Below are positions 42,226-52,033 of a DNA stretch of 64,000 bases, piece by piece; the stretch's first letter is position 1, and each line of letters starts with the position of its first letter. The notes under the pieces were generated by a model. That model made no database searches. It saw only the letters and a program-made list of their open reading frames with translations, and was not told the DNA's origin. The position numbers and the translations under genes are program-made. Source of the DNA: an uncultured Nitrososphaerota archaeon (lineage in GTDB: Archaea > Thermoproteota > Nitrososphaeria > Nitrososphaerales > CADDZS01); NCBI GenBank assembly GCA_963799845.1, contig CAWCYI010000006.1, positions 320,001 to 384,000 of the forward strand, given 5' to 3'.

Positions 42226-42319
42226 CGCCGAAACAAGATTCACCTGAACCTGACTGCAAAATCTAGAGTCTTCCATCTTCATAAGGGAGCTTGAAAACAA
42301 CAATCTGAGACTCTGCGGT

Positions 42320-43105
42320 TTGAAGATAAAGGCATTGTTTGAGAAACGCGCTGTTCTCATCGAACACATGGATTCTGAATTTGGAAAGGGACGGAGTCTG
42401 GTCATAAGTGACCTTCACATTGGTTTTGAAGAGAAGTTCAAAAGTTCGGGAATAAACATTCAATCAAACGTCGAAAAAATGCGGCGCGAACTCGAGAGTT
42501 TGATAGTCGAGAATGAGGTCTCGAATTTGATAATTGCCGGGGACATAAAATCCGGGACTGACAGAATCTTCCAATCAGAATGGGAAAACGTTCCGCGCTT
42601 TCTTTCTGCCCTGACGAAAAGATGCAAAGTCATCATCGTTCCGGGTAATCATGATGGTGGTTTGTCTAATCTAGTTCCTGACGCCGTTCAAATCGCCGAT
42701 TCTAACGGAATTCTACTGCAAGACACTTTGATTTTTCACGGTCACACAAAGCCGCTGATCAAATTCAAGGATTGCAGCCGCATTGTCATGGGTCACATTC
42801 ATCCGATATATCAGAAGAAGGGGAGTCCCCTTTCCGGAATTCCTGTGTGGATATTCCTGAAGATTAACAAGAAGTTTCTCTTCAAGGATATCATACCCGA
42901 GGATGATGATTCCTTGATGGAGGTAATTGTTATCCCATCCTTCAATTCAGAGTTGACAGTGACTGGGTACTTCAATGAAGAAGCCAAAGCTGAACGAAGA
43001 CTCTCCCCGATAGTAAAGGAACTACGATCGGCCTCTGAGGCAATCATCACGACGCTGAACGCGGAAGTGATAGGAGACTTATCATTTCTGCCGAATGTTC
43101 TTTGA
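42320..43105 (+). CDS. Calcineurin-like metallophosphoesterase
   Basis: SDLHIG, GDIK, PGNHD, HGH, GHIHP, IPSFN. Confidence 0.88.
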   Translation: MKIKALFEKRAVLIEHMDSEFGKGRSLVISDLHIGFEEKFKSSGINIQSNVEKMRRELESLIVENEVSNLIIAGDIKSGTDRIFQSEWENVPRFLSALTKRCKVIIVPGNHDGGLSNLVPDAVQIADSNGILLQDTLIFHGHTKPLIKFKDCSRIVMGHIHPIYQKKGSPLSGIPVWIFLKINKKFLFKDIIPEDDDSLMEVIVIPSFNSELTVTGYFNEEAKAERRLSPIVKELRSASEAIITTLNAEVIGDLSFLPNVL

Positions 43106-43152
43106 GATCTAGGCGGATGTCTAGAAATTATTTTGATAATGGAAAGGGCCTT

Positions 43153-43187
43153 CGTTCAGCTCGTTTCAAGCTCTTCTGAGCTAACAG
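43153..43187. repeat. Dispersed AGCT-rich repeat copy 2
   Basis: 43153-43182 is the exact reverse complement of 19083-19112 (34/35 over the extended match). Confidence 0.88.
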
Positions 43188-43291
43188 TCACGAGAATTTT
43201 CAGAATACATTCCGCATTTCTGATTTTTGTGGAATGAAATTCAGAAACGAATATTAGTCGCACCCTTGAGACTTTATTGTCATAGCGAAAA

Positions 43292-43729
43292 ATGTCTAGC
43301 CGACCTCAAGATCTGGAAGAAGAGAAAAACGTCAAGGTTGTGCGTCGCCTCCTAGAGGAGGGCTTCGGTAAGGGCAACCTTTCCGTTGTCGATGATACCA
43401 TTTCTCAGAATTTCATAGAGCACCAAAGATTTGATCCGCCGCTTCCTCAGGGCCCTGCAGGAACGAAAGCCCTCATTACCGGTCTCCGAAAAATGTTCTC
43501 AGATTTTGAGTTTACAGTAGAGGATATTGCCGTGGAGGGAAACAAAGTGTGGACTCGCAACAGGGCGAAGGGAACCAACAGCGGAAGCATTATGGGAAAG
43601 CCTCCCACAGGCAAGAAGATGGAAATCGATGTATTCGACCTCTGCAAATTAGAGAATGGCAAAATAGTCGAACATTGGGGAGTACCGGATCAACTTGGCA
43701 TGCTAGAGCAAATTGGTTTCCTCCAATAG
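43292..43729 (+). CDS. SnoaL-like ester cyclase (NTF2 fold)
   Basis: EGDKV-like EGNKV, G.PPTGK, ENGKIVEHW..PDQLGML. Confidence 0.88.
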   Translation: MSSRPQDLEEEKNVKVVRRLLEEGFGKGNLSVVDDTISQNFIEHQRFDPPLPQGPAGTKALITGLRKMFSDFEFTVEDIAVEGNKVWTRNRAKGTNSGSIMGKPPTGKKMEIDVFDLCKLENGKIVEHWGVPDQLGMLEQIGFLQ

Positions 43730-44315
43730 CACGTAGTCCATCCAGTGGTCTCTCTTACGGTTAGTCTAGTCACATTATGTAAAATCTGCACAACTCTCAA
43801 CCTTCTTAGTTTTTCTAAAAAGTGCACAAGTCCGATTCCACCCTCTCACGCTTGGTTGGTCACTTAATGCTACTCTCCTCTATCAACGCATCACCGCTAG
43901 AAGCATCGCCCCTAGTGATCCTATTGAGTCGCACTCAATCCCTCTTAGTCACGACGATGACGACGACGGCGATTCCCCTGACGTAATATACACACATGGG
44001 AACTAGAATTTAAAGAACGATTAATAATAAATCCTCGTAAGCTCTGGATTTTTGCCGGAAGCTGCTGAATTATCCATTTTTTCTTCACGAAATGGGTCTG
44101 ATTTCTGATCACTAGAGAATGAAGTGACCTTCAGGTAAATTCATCTGGCTAGTTTTCGGGATCAACTCTTAGAGCGCTAAAAGTCGGACAGGTGCTGCTT
44201 CATTTGTTCCGGGCATGGGACGTAAGGAAAAAATCACATTCTTATGTGGATAATTCTGTAGTTCAACAATAGCCCTTTATCTTACGTTATTCGCATAGTA
44301 CCAAGGCAAAAGAGA

Positions 44316-44960
44316 TTGCAGCTTCCGCCGATTCAGGAAATCAAAAAAAGGCGAATTGCCCTAGGTATCAGCCAGAAGAAGCTTGCCGACACAGTCGGAG
44401 CAAGCCAATCTCTGATTGCAAAGATCGAAAGTAATCGAGTAAATCCTTCCTATGATGTCGTGAAAAAAATTTTCGAGTACCTCGACCGGATGGAGCAGCC
44501 GAAGAGGGGGCTGGCAAAAGATGTGGAAAAACGTGACTTAGTCTGGGTGAAAAAAAGTGAGCGCGTCAGAGACGCCGCGGAAAAAATGCGTCAGCACGGT
44601 TTCTCCCAGCTTCCGGTGAGAGACGATCGAGAAGATATTTGCGTAGGCAGCGTCTCTGAAAGGCAGATAGTACAGGGAATATTGAAGGAGGCTGATCCAA
44701 AGTCTTTCTACGAAAAACCGGTGTCAGACATCATGCAAGAGCAGTTTCCGGTAGTTGATGAAGGATTAGCCGTCACCGCTGTCGCATTGCTCCTACAGCA
44801 CTCGCAAGCGGTTCTGACCGCTCGCAGAGGAAAAATTGTCGGCATAATAACTCCAAGTGATTTGCTGTCGATGAATACCGGAAGAGTTGCGAGCGTTAAG
44901 AGAAAAGACAATCAAACTTCAGAAAAAAACGAACAAAATCCCTCGTATCTCGCGACTTGA
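44316..44960 (+). CDS. HTH-XRE + CBS-pair transcriptional regulator
   Basis: GISQKKLA..SQSLIAKIES..VNPSY; M..HGFSQLPV; VGIITPSDLL. Confidence 0.88.
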   Translation: MQLPPIQEIKKRRIALGISQKKLADTVGASQSLIAKIESNRVNPSYDVVKKIFEYLDRMEQPKRGLAKDVEKRDLVWVKKSERVRDAAEKMRQHGFSQLPVRDDREDICVGSVSERQIVQGILKEADPKSFYEKPVSDIMQEQFPVVDEGLAVTAVALLLQHSQAVLTARRGKIVGIITPSDLLSMNTGRVASVKRKDNQTSEKNEQNPSYLAT

Positions 44961-45017
44961 TCGGAAAAATAAGAGGCAGACGGCAACGGATTATTGCCGT
45001 CAAGTGCTCTTAGAAAG

Positions 45018-46679
45018 CTACTCGTCCATTCCGCCCATGCCGCCCATTCCTCCCATACCGCCGCCGCCACCACCTGGTGGCATTGGGGGAGTTTTCATCT
45101 TGCTTGAAGCGATGACGTCATCGATCCGCAAGATCATGCTAGCGGCTTCGGTTGCTGATTTGATGATCTGTTGCTTGACTGCTGCCGGTTCGAAGACCTC
45201 TTCTGCCTCGAGGTCACCGACCTTACCTGCGAGTACGTCAACTCCGACCCATTTCTTTCCTTGCCCATGTTTTGCGCGAAGCTCCACCTGAGTATCGATT
45301 GGATCCATTCCAGCATTTTCAGCAAGGGTCAGAGGAATCGCCTCCAAGGCGTCAGCATATTTCTGAACGGCTAACTGCTCTCGTCCGGAAAGAGAGTTCG
45401 CCCATTCCCTCAACTGGTATGAGATTTCTGCCTCTGGAGCACCACCGCCGACGACTACGGATGGATGTTCAATCACGTCTTTTACGACCATCAACGCGTC
45501 GTGCATGCTTCTCTCAGCCTCGTCAGTTACACGCTGGGTCGCGCCTCTGACAAGTATCGTAGTAGATTTCGGATTCTTTGCACCTTCAACGAAAACCCAC
45601 TTGTCCTCCTCCACCTTTCGCTCCTCAACAAGTTGAGCCTTGCCAAGATCCTTTTCGGTCAGGTCGTCGAGATTTGTAACAACTCGTCCCCCCGTTGCCT
45701 TTGCCAGTTTAGTCATGTCTGACTCTTTGACTCTTCTGACCGCCAGAACGTTTGCCTTCGCGAGATAGTGCTGAGCGATGTCGTCAATTCCTTTCTGACA
45801 AATCACGACATTGGCACCGGAGTCAACGACCTTGGTAACCATTGACTTGAGCATCGAATTCTCCTCGTCCAAGAACTGTTTGATCTGAGAAGGATCGTTG
45901 ATGTTGATTTTTGCATCAAACTCTGTCTTTTCGATTTCCAGCGGAGAATTGATGAGCGCGATCTTTGCGCCTTCGATCCTCTTCGGCATACCCGCATGAA
46001 CGACTTCCTTGTCCAGCACGATTCCCTTTATCAGCTCAGTCTCTCTTAGACTGGTTCCAGGCTTTTTCTCAACCTTCACATCGTCAATGTCAACTCGGTA
46101 CTCGTCTCCGACTTTTTCGGCGACCGCGAGGAGAGCATCGGCACAAAGAGCTGCGAGATAATCAGACTCTTTGCTTATCAGCTTCGAAGCCATCGAAGTC
46201 TTTGCAACTTTCACGAGCCATTTTCGATCTGTAGGCGGTACCGGAATTGCAATCTTGTCCAAGATTTGCAAACCCTTGGCGGCTGCCTTTCTGTAACCAT
46301 CCACAACAATTGTAGGATGTACATTCTCCCTGATCAGATCTTCAGCATTTTCAAGAAGCGCCCCGGCGAGAACAACAGCAGATGTTGTGCCGTCTCCGAC
46401 TTCATTGTCCGTGGTCTTTGATATCTCTACTATCATTTTCGCAGCTGGATGCTGAACGTCAATTTCTTTCAGAATTGTCGCGCCGTCGTTAGTGATGGTT
46501 ACATCACCAAGTGTGTCCACCAACATCTTGTCCATTCCCCTAGGACCAAGACTGCTCTTTACGATCTCAGCTATCAGCTTTGCCGCGAAAATATTGTTTC
46601 GCTGCGCATCTCTTCCCTTATTTTCAGAAGTTCCTTCTTTCAAAATTAGAACAGGTGTGCCTGATTGTCCTTGACTCAT
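45018..46679 (-). CDS. Thermosome (group II chaperonin) subunit
   Basis: [34 protein letters not shown] tail; alpha/beta not resolved. Confidence 0.97.
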   Translation of the reverse strand: MSQGQSGTPVLILKEGTSENKGRDAQRNNIFAAKLIAEIVKSSLGPRGMDKMLVDTLGDVTITNDGATILKEIDVQHPAAKMIVEISKTTDNEVGDGTTSAVVLAGALLENAEDLIRENVHPTIVVDGYRKAAAKGLQILDKIAIPVPPTDRKWLVKVAKTSMASKLISKESDYLAALCADALLAVAEKVGDEYRVDIDDVKVEKKPGTSLRETELIKGIVLDKEVVHAGMPKRIEGAKIALINSPLEIEKTEFDAKININDPSQIKQFLDEENSMLKSMVTKVVDSGANVVICQKGIDDIAQHYLAKANVLAVRRVKESDMTKLAKATGGRVVTNLDDLTEKDLGKAQLVEERKVEEDKWVFVEGAKNPKSTTILVRGATQRVTDEAERSMHDALMVVKDVIEHPSVVVGGGAPEAEISYQLREWANSLSGREQLAVQKYADALEAIPLTLAENAGMDPIDTQVELRAKHGQGKKWVGVDVLAGKVGDLEAEEVFEPAAVKQQIIKSATEAASMILRIDDVIASSKMKTPPMPPGGGGGGMGGMGGMGGMDE

Positions 46680-46697
46680 AATTCCATACCCTCTTTA

Positions 46698-46742
46698 GTT
46701 ACTAACCTATTGACAGTAACCGAATGAGAAAGATATTTAAAA
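46698..46742. promoter_or_regulatory. Divergent promoter with inverted repeat GTTACT-N11-AGTAAC and TTTAAAA box
   Basis: Palindrome at 46698-46720 between the TATA-like 46736-46742 and the thermosome ATG. Confidence 0.55.
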
Positions 46743-46793
46743 TTATCGAGACCTACTTTGCGGTGGAAGTATGAGAGGAGCACCAAGCGTTTG

Positions 46794-47483
46794 ATGACTA
46801 CCCCCGATAACATTGATGTCCTCCTGGATGTTCTTGGAAATGAAACGAGGCGGAGAATACTCCAGCTGCTAGCCGATGAACCGAGATATTTTATACAGCT
46901 TTCCAAAGATCTGGGGGTTTCACAGCAGGCAGTCCTCAAACATCTCGAAATCCTTGAACGAGTTGGGTTTGTCAGTTCCTTTGAAGGAGAAAGCGACTTC
47001 GCGGCCCCGAAACGAAAATACTTCCAGCTCAGTCGTTCGTGCATGCTAGCTATAGGGATAACCAATGATGCGGTACAGTTCGTGTTCCACGACATCCCTC
47101 AGGAAGGGAAAGATTCCATAAAACGCAGCGAACTGAAGTCCATACAGAAGGGAGCGGTTGAGCTGGAACAACAAAAAGACCACTCCAGGATCGTTACAAT
47201 GAGCGACGTTCTCCTGAAAGAAATAAACCAAAAGCTGGGTGAACTGGCCAAAGCTCAGATCTCTCTGCTCCGCCTAAAGCAAAGAATCACTCGGACAGCG
47301 CATGAAGCAATAAGAGAGGCTTTCGATCAGGAACTCCAACGTCAGATACTGTATTCGATGATCGGAGAAGAGAAAAGGCCCGATGTAAACCAATTATCTG
47401 AAATGCTTGATGCGAGAGAGCGCGAGATAAATGACGCCATCAAATCTTTGAAACAGAGATTGCAGGGCGATGTGATTTTTTAG
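46794..47483 (+). CDS. ArsR-type heat-shock regulator (Phr/HSR1-like)
   Basis: LDVLGNETRRRIL...GVSQQAVLKHL...RKYF plus C-terminal coiled coil; divergent from the thermosome. Confidence 0.8.
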   Translation: MTTPDNIDVLLDVLGNETRRRILQLLADEPRYFIQLSKDLGVSQQAVLKHLEILERVGFVSSFEGESDFAAPKRKYFQLSRSCMLAIGITNDAVQFVFHDIPQEGKDSIKRSELKSIQKGAVELEQQKDHSRIVTMSDVLLKEINQKLGELAKAQISLLRLKQRITRTAHEAIREAFDQELQRQILYSMIGEEKRPDVNQLSEMLDAREREINDAIKSLKQRLQGDVIF

Positions 47484-47547
47484 TTTTCTAAAAGTCAAAT
47501 TTTTAAGGTTAGGATCAAGAAGCTCTGTCAGGAAGATCATACAATTC

Positions 47548-47685
47548 ATGCCTGCAGTCAGCTCAGGAGATTGGGAGTGCCCAAAATGTCACAGCCGCAA
47601 CGTTGGCTTGGCCAAAGCCACTAAGAAATCTGCAAAGATGATGTGCAACGACTGTGGTTTCAAAGGCTCTCCAATGAACTTTTGA
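47548..47685 (+). CDS. Small zinc-ribbon protein (45 aa, below ORF-track cutoff)
   Basis: MPAVSSGDWECPKCHSRNVGLAKATKKSAKMMCNDCGFKGSPMNF; TTTTAA box upstream. Confidence 0.72.
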   Translation: MPAVSSGDWECPKCHSRNVGLAKATKKSAKMMCNDCGFKGSPMNF

Positions 47686-47851
47686 TTACCCTACGTCCTA
47701 AATCCAGGATACTACGCTGCGAGTTTTTCGTAGATATCAAAACTTCCTGAAGTGATTCTACTTTTTGTGGGTCGATAGGATTTTCGATCCTTCTACCCAA
47801 ACACTGATAAGTGATATCGACGATCTGATCTTATCTGAGCGGGCAAGAAGT

Positions 47852-48190
47852 TTGAGCGATAGAAGACGAAGCCAGCGTGGCAGTTTTTACGGAGATAAAC
47901 GTCCTTCGGGTTACGAGCCCAGAAGGAGCAGAAGAGATGAAGAGTCAGCGCGTCGGCTAGAGTCTGGAGGAAAGCCTGTGGAGGCTGGAAAGGAATACAA
48001 GGTTCGTGTCATTGATCGAAGTGAACGGGGAGAGGGTGTTGCAAGGATAGAAGGGTTCATTGTATTCATAAGGGGAGCAAAACCGGGAGAGGAAGTCAGA
48101 ATCAAGATTACAAATGTTGGAGCTCGAGCCGCAACCGGCGAAATTGTTCCAGAAACCGCCCCAGCCTCAGCACCTACAGGCACGTCCTGA
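47852..48190 (+). CDS. Single TRAM-domain RNA-binding protein
   Basis: KPVEAGKEY.V...GEGVARIEGFIVFIRGAKPGE.V.IKI. Confidence 0.88.
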   Translation: MSDRRRSQRGSFYGDKRPSGYEPRRSRRDEESARRLESGGKPVEAGKEYKVRVIDRSERGEGVARIEGFIVFIRGAKPGEEVRIKITNVGARAATGEIVPETAPASAPTGTS

Positions 48191-48265
48191 AAATCCCAAA
48201 CCATTTTTCAATCGTCACTTAGATCAAGTCGTCCTTGAATAATTCAAGGGCTCCGGGTTTAAGAC

Positions 48266-49399
48266 TCATAGGTAGTCAAAGAGGGTACCTGATTTTAGAT
48301 CTGAGCTCTTTGTAAAGCCTGATACTTTGATTCCGACTCTACGAATGTGAGAACTACTCTCATCAAAATTTTTCTGATTAAAGTATGATTCAAACATCTC
48401 GCTTGCGATCTTCAGAATCTCGCTTTCCGAATCTGTGGGAGAATCAAGCGTCCTAGTTCTGCTCTTTATTTTTAGTTCGGAAGAGATTAAAATAATCCCA
48501 ATAGCTTTGCACAAATATTTTGAAGACGCGAGTCTTTGTGATAAATCATCTGCCAACGGCTTCAAAACTCCTTGAAAATCAAAAATTTCTGCATCGTGCT
48601 TGAGGGTGACAATCCTGCTCATTTGTTCAGGTTCTTTATCCAATACCGGATTGTCGTCGATCCCGTTTCCCATTCTCGATAGTGTCAACCCCTGCTTATT
48701 TCCAAACTGTTCCGATAGAACCTTGACATCGGTGGACCCAAGTTCTCCAACGGTTGTGATTCCCATTAGTTTCATTTTTTCCTCGGTCTTGGGACCGATT
48801 CCGAAGAGTTTCCCAACAGGAAGCGGATTCAGAAAGGGCTTTAATTCATTGGGAAGAATCATGGCGAATCCGTCTGGTTTTCTTGAATCTACGGCCATTT
48901 TTGCCATCAGTTTGTTTGGAGCAATTCCTACCGAACACGTCAGACCCTCCTTGGCAAAGATTTCGGTCTTAATTTCTCTTCCAATCGCGCCCGCTCTCTG
49001 ATAATCTGCCTCTGACAGATTGGTCACGTCGAGATAAGCTTCGTCAACGCTTGCTTGTTCGAATCTATCACCGTGTGTCCTGATGAGTCCCATTATGCGA
49101 TCCGAGACCGCTACGTAGTACTCAATATCCATTGGCAGAAATACGGATTCGGGATTTTTTTGAAGAATCTTCTTCGCAAGCGCTATGGGCATTCCCGATT
49201 TCACTCCCAGACCTCTTGCCACATAGTTCGAGGTGCTCACAGCACCACTTTCTGCCGTGCGTCCTGAAAAAACACAAATTACTGCTGGTTTTCCCTTGGT
49301 CGACGGGTTACGAACCTCTTCACACTGCGCATAAAAGTAGTCTAAATCTATAGCAATTATTACTCGCATCTCTTGAGTAGAGGTCAAATCAGCAATCAT
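48266..49399 (-). CDS. dinB: Y-family DNA polymerase IV (DinB/Dbh)
   Basis: IDLDYFYAQ, SNYVAR..GVKSGMP, ASVDEAYLD, SVGIAPNKLMAK, little finger RRVGI. Confidence 0.95.
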   Translation of the reverse strand: MIADLTSTQEMRVIIAIDLDYFYAQCEEVRNPSTKGKPAVICVFSGRTAESGAVSTSNYVARGLGVKSGMPIALAKKILQKNPESVFLPMDIEYYVAVSDRIMGLIRTHGDRFEQASVDEAYLDVTNLSEADYQRAGAIGREIKTEIFAKEGLTCSVGIAPNKLMAKMAVDSRKPDGFAMILPNELKPFLNPLPVGKLFGIGPKTEEKMKLMGITTVGELGSTDVKVLSEQFGNKQGLTLSRMGNGIDDNPVLDKEPEQMSRIVTLKHDAEIFDFQGVLKPLADDLSQRLASSKYLCKAIGIILISSELKIKSRTRTLDSPTDSESEILKIASEMFESYFNQKNFDESSSHIRRVGIKVSGFTKSSDLKSGTLFDYL

Positions 49400-49521
49400 C
49401 GAATAATCGGCAGTTACGACAATCCAGTAAAGGCGAACTTCATAATTCCTGGGAACTGGGTTTTCATCTTAAAGCAGATTTGTAGGAATCTATTCGTATG
49501 CTATTTATTTTGGCAATATTT

Positions 49522-50634
49522 TCAATAGGACTTTGCCAACGTTTTCTTCCTGTTTTCCAATCCGCTCAGGAAAGATTCGAAAATTGCTTTCAGGTGTGCT
49601 GGATCAGAATAATTAGAAATGGATATACTCTCAGAGGAGAAGACATTCGCAAAATATGAATTGAATTCGCTGGACCCCTCGCCCGCGAACACCCAGATAT
49701 TTCCCTTCGACAAAATAGAATAACAGGAAAGGATTTCGAATATTTGTCCATAGTTGGAAGCGCCAATGTTCGAGAGAACTATGCACGCGGCGTCGCACTT
49801 GCTTATCAAATCCAAGGAAGCCGACAAATCCTTGGTACTACTAACGGCCGGAGACTTACTCAGAATTGTCCTATAACCGAACTTGGTCGCGGTGTCAAGC
49901 AAAGTGTACTTCTCTTCATCATTAACTTTGTCTCCAAACGACACAAACATATTGACGAGAGGGTGACAAATGTCGGTATCACAAGTAGTTTGTAAACAGG
50001 TTGGGCAGTGATCGTCGTATTTTTCGTAAACGCGTTCAGAAAGATCCAGTCTCAGCAGCTGGGAAAGAGTGAGCGTCCATGCCAATATAGCAGCCAGTTT
50101 CGATGTAATTTGCTCACGCGGAGCTCTTTTTCTGTTCAACATTGCCAGGTCACCCACATCTTTCATCATCGCCACAAGCGCATTCATGGGAGATAGCGTA
50201 GAGTTTTCCCCCTGATACAATTTTGAAATGAACGCCTGCCACTCACTCAAGGATCTGGGCTCAGAGTATTCATTCAAGCCGGGAGTCGTCGAACTTGACA
50301 AAGCCCCCCTTGGAGGATTTTTTCCGTACTTTTCCCAAGCCAACTCTGCAAGATCGATATTGAGTTTGTACGATATAGAACATGTCCACGAAAATACATC
50401 CGCCAAACCGGTCCCCAGATCCCCCCGTGACTCCATCGGATTTACAAGCTCAGCCACTTCCTCAACCAATCTAGAAATCATGTATTCGGTTGTGTGCTTG
50501 TCGTGCCGTTTGCCATAAATCCGTCCGAACTTTGTCATCCAATCATCAAGAGCGAGCGATTGACGATTGTCTTCTCGATTTTCAGTTAATCGACTCTGTC
50601 GGTTCTCAGTCTGATCTCGCATGTCCGATCTCAA
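49522..50634 (-). CDS. Tandem MazG-like NTP-pyrophosphatase domains plus Cys cluster and TIR/NDT-like C-terminal domain
   Basis: LVEEVAEL..LADVFSW; degenerate second copy MKDVGDL..LAAILAW; CPTC..TC; MFVSF...ISKCDAACIVLS...FEI. Confidence 0.65.
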   Translation of the reverse strand: MRSDMRDQTENRQSRLTENREDNRQSLALDDWMTKFGRIYGKRHDKHTTEYMISRLVEEVAELVNPMESRGDLGTGLADVFSWTCSISYKLNIDLAELAWEKYGKNPPRGALSSSTTPGLNEYSEPRSLSEWQAFISKLYQGENSTLSPMNALVAMMKDVGDLAMLNRKRAPREQITSKLAAILAWTLTLSQLLRLDLSERVYEKYDDHCPTCLQTTCDTDICHPLVNMFVSFGDKVNDEEKYTLLDTATKFGYRTILSKSPAVSSTKDLSASLDLISKCDAACIVLSNIGASNYGQIFEILSCYSILSKGNIWVFAGEGSSEFNSYFANVFSSESISISNYSDPAHLKAIFESFLSGLENRKKTLAKSY

Positions 50635-50697
50635 TACCTGATGAGATGATTCATTCTTACGTTCGAAAACTCCAAAACTGTCGTTTCTTTTAGCAAA

Positions 50698-50871
50698 TCA
50701 AGGATTTTCTCTAAAGAACTCGGCCTTGCCTTCCTCTTCCTCCGTCTCTACTTCTTCAGCCTCCTTGTTCAGGATTCTTGATTCCGCGAGCTGGTCCTTT
50801 TTCCTAAGAGCATTAGCATGAGGAGCTGGACGTGAGCTTTTTTTCGTTGCACTTTTCTTTGTAGTCGCCAT
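50698..50871 (-). CDS. Small protein with basic N-terminus and acidic C-terminus (57 aa)
   Basis: MATTKKSATKKSSRPAPHANALRKKDQLAESRILNKEAEEVETEEEEGKAEFFRENP; TATATA upstream. Confidence 0.6.
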   Translation of the reverse strand: MATTKKSATKKSSRPAPHANALRKKDQLAESRILNKEAEEVETEEEEGKAEFFRENP

Positions 50872-50934
50872 TCAGATTCTTCTGATATTCTGTCCTTTTC
50901 AAGGCAATATATATCGAATTTGTGTCAAACGAAC

Positions 50935-51062
50935 AGAAGATTTGCTCTCCACTGCTGCTACGTGCCCTTGCGGATGACGTAGTCTCGGTCATCGCTTGTC
51001 CTGTCGATTACTCGCAAAATCTGAGCTTACTGAGAAGCTAGGAGAACTCACTCAACCATACT
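50935..51062 (+). pseudogene. C-terminal remnant of acetolactate synthase large subunit
   Basis: EDLLS/LLRALADDVVSVIACPVDYSQNL/LTEKLGELTQP across frameshifts. Confidence 0.6.
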
Positions 51063-51340
51063 CAGCTGTCATTTACAAAAAGCAAATTTAGGAAGGACCT
51101 GGGCGGAGAAAAGAAAATCAATAGAGCTTGCTAGCTCGTTTTCAGCGATCTGGATGAAATGAGAATCATATTGTGTGTGCGGAATCGATGACTAAAATCT
51201 GGTGCAGACAGATTCAGTCCGGAAGCGCCCAAATTAGGAACTACCCTTAGTGCGATATAGTACTCCATTTCATTCTGGACGATTCTAGTGGACATCTCGT
51301 ATAGATTTGGGAATCTTTTCGAAACTGGATAATAATTGCC

Positions 51341-51943
51341 GTGAAGCATCATTTTACTTCGATGACTATAAACATGCAATCCAGTCTCAAACTACAACAG
51401 CAACAGCAACAAAGCGTTCCAAAGGATGAACGGAACCAAGCACGAAATTTAGCGCAAGCCTCCCTCAGCTTTGATCCGATGATCCCAAGCGACACCACGC
51501 TCGCAGAAGTTCTGGGATTAGTCGAGGTTCTCGGGGAGAGGGGCTCTAACATTCCAATTTCCGTCAGTGGTAGTAGAAGGTTCTTTCGGGGCTCATCCGA
51601 ATTTCTCGTGCTTTTAGCGGCAACCAAAATGCTCGGGTTAGTATCCATGGCGGATAATCGATTCTTTCTAACCGAAATCGGTCTCGCTTTCCTCAAAGCC
51701 AACTTTCATGAGCAGATGGAAACACTCAAAGCTAGGTTGACTAGGATTGAACCCTTCAAATCGACCCTCGAACTGCTGTCAGACAGAAAATCTATCGATG
51801 CGGCCGTGGTTTCAAGGAGGCTCTCGGAAAAGTATGCCATGGGGGATTTCGACCCAAATCGGATAAGTCTTGTCCTGATCGATTGGGGGCTACCGACTTG
51901 TCTGCTTGAATACAGTAGTGATGACGAATTTCGACTGGACTGA
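51341..51943 (+). CDS. Stand-alone AAA-associated (NitT/TauT C-terminal) winged-helix protein
   Basis: VLGLVEVL...AATKMLGLV...LTEIG..F...IEPF...LIDWG. Confidence 0.65.
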   Translation: MKHHFTSMTINMQSSLKLQQQQQQSVPKDERNQARNLAQASLSFDPMIPSDTTLAEVLGLVEVLGERGSNIPISVSGSRRFFRGSSEFLVLLAATKMLGLVSMADNRFFLTEIGLAFLKANFHEQMETLKARLTRIEPFKSTLELLSDRKSIDAAVVSRRLSEKYAMGDFDPNRISLVLIDWGLPTCLLEYSSDDEFRLD

Positions 51944-52033
51944 AAAAATCTTGCGGGGTTCTTTGATATCCCCTCTTGAACGTTGATATTGACTGGCTAT
52001 GAAATTACGATTCCGAACGGTATTCGCTTGTAT

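Noticed and set aside
51392-51415. Poly-Gln tract as a functional repeat
   Set aside because: Only six mixed CAA/CAG codons in an N-terminal region of uncertain start.
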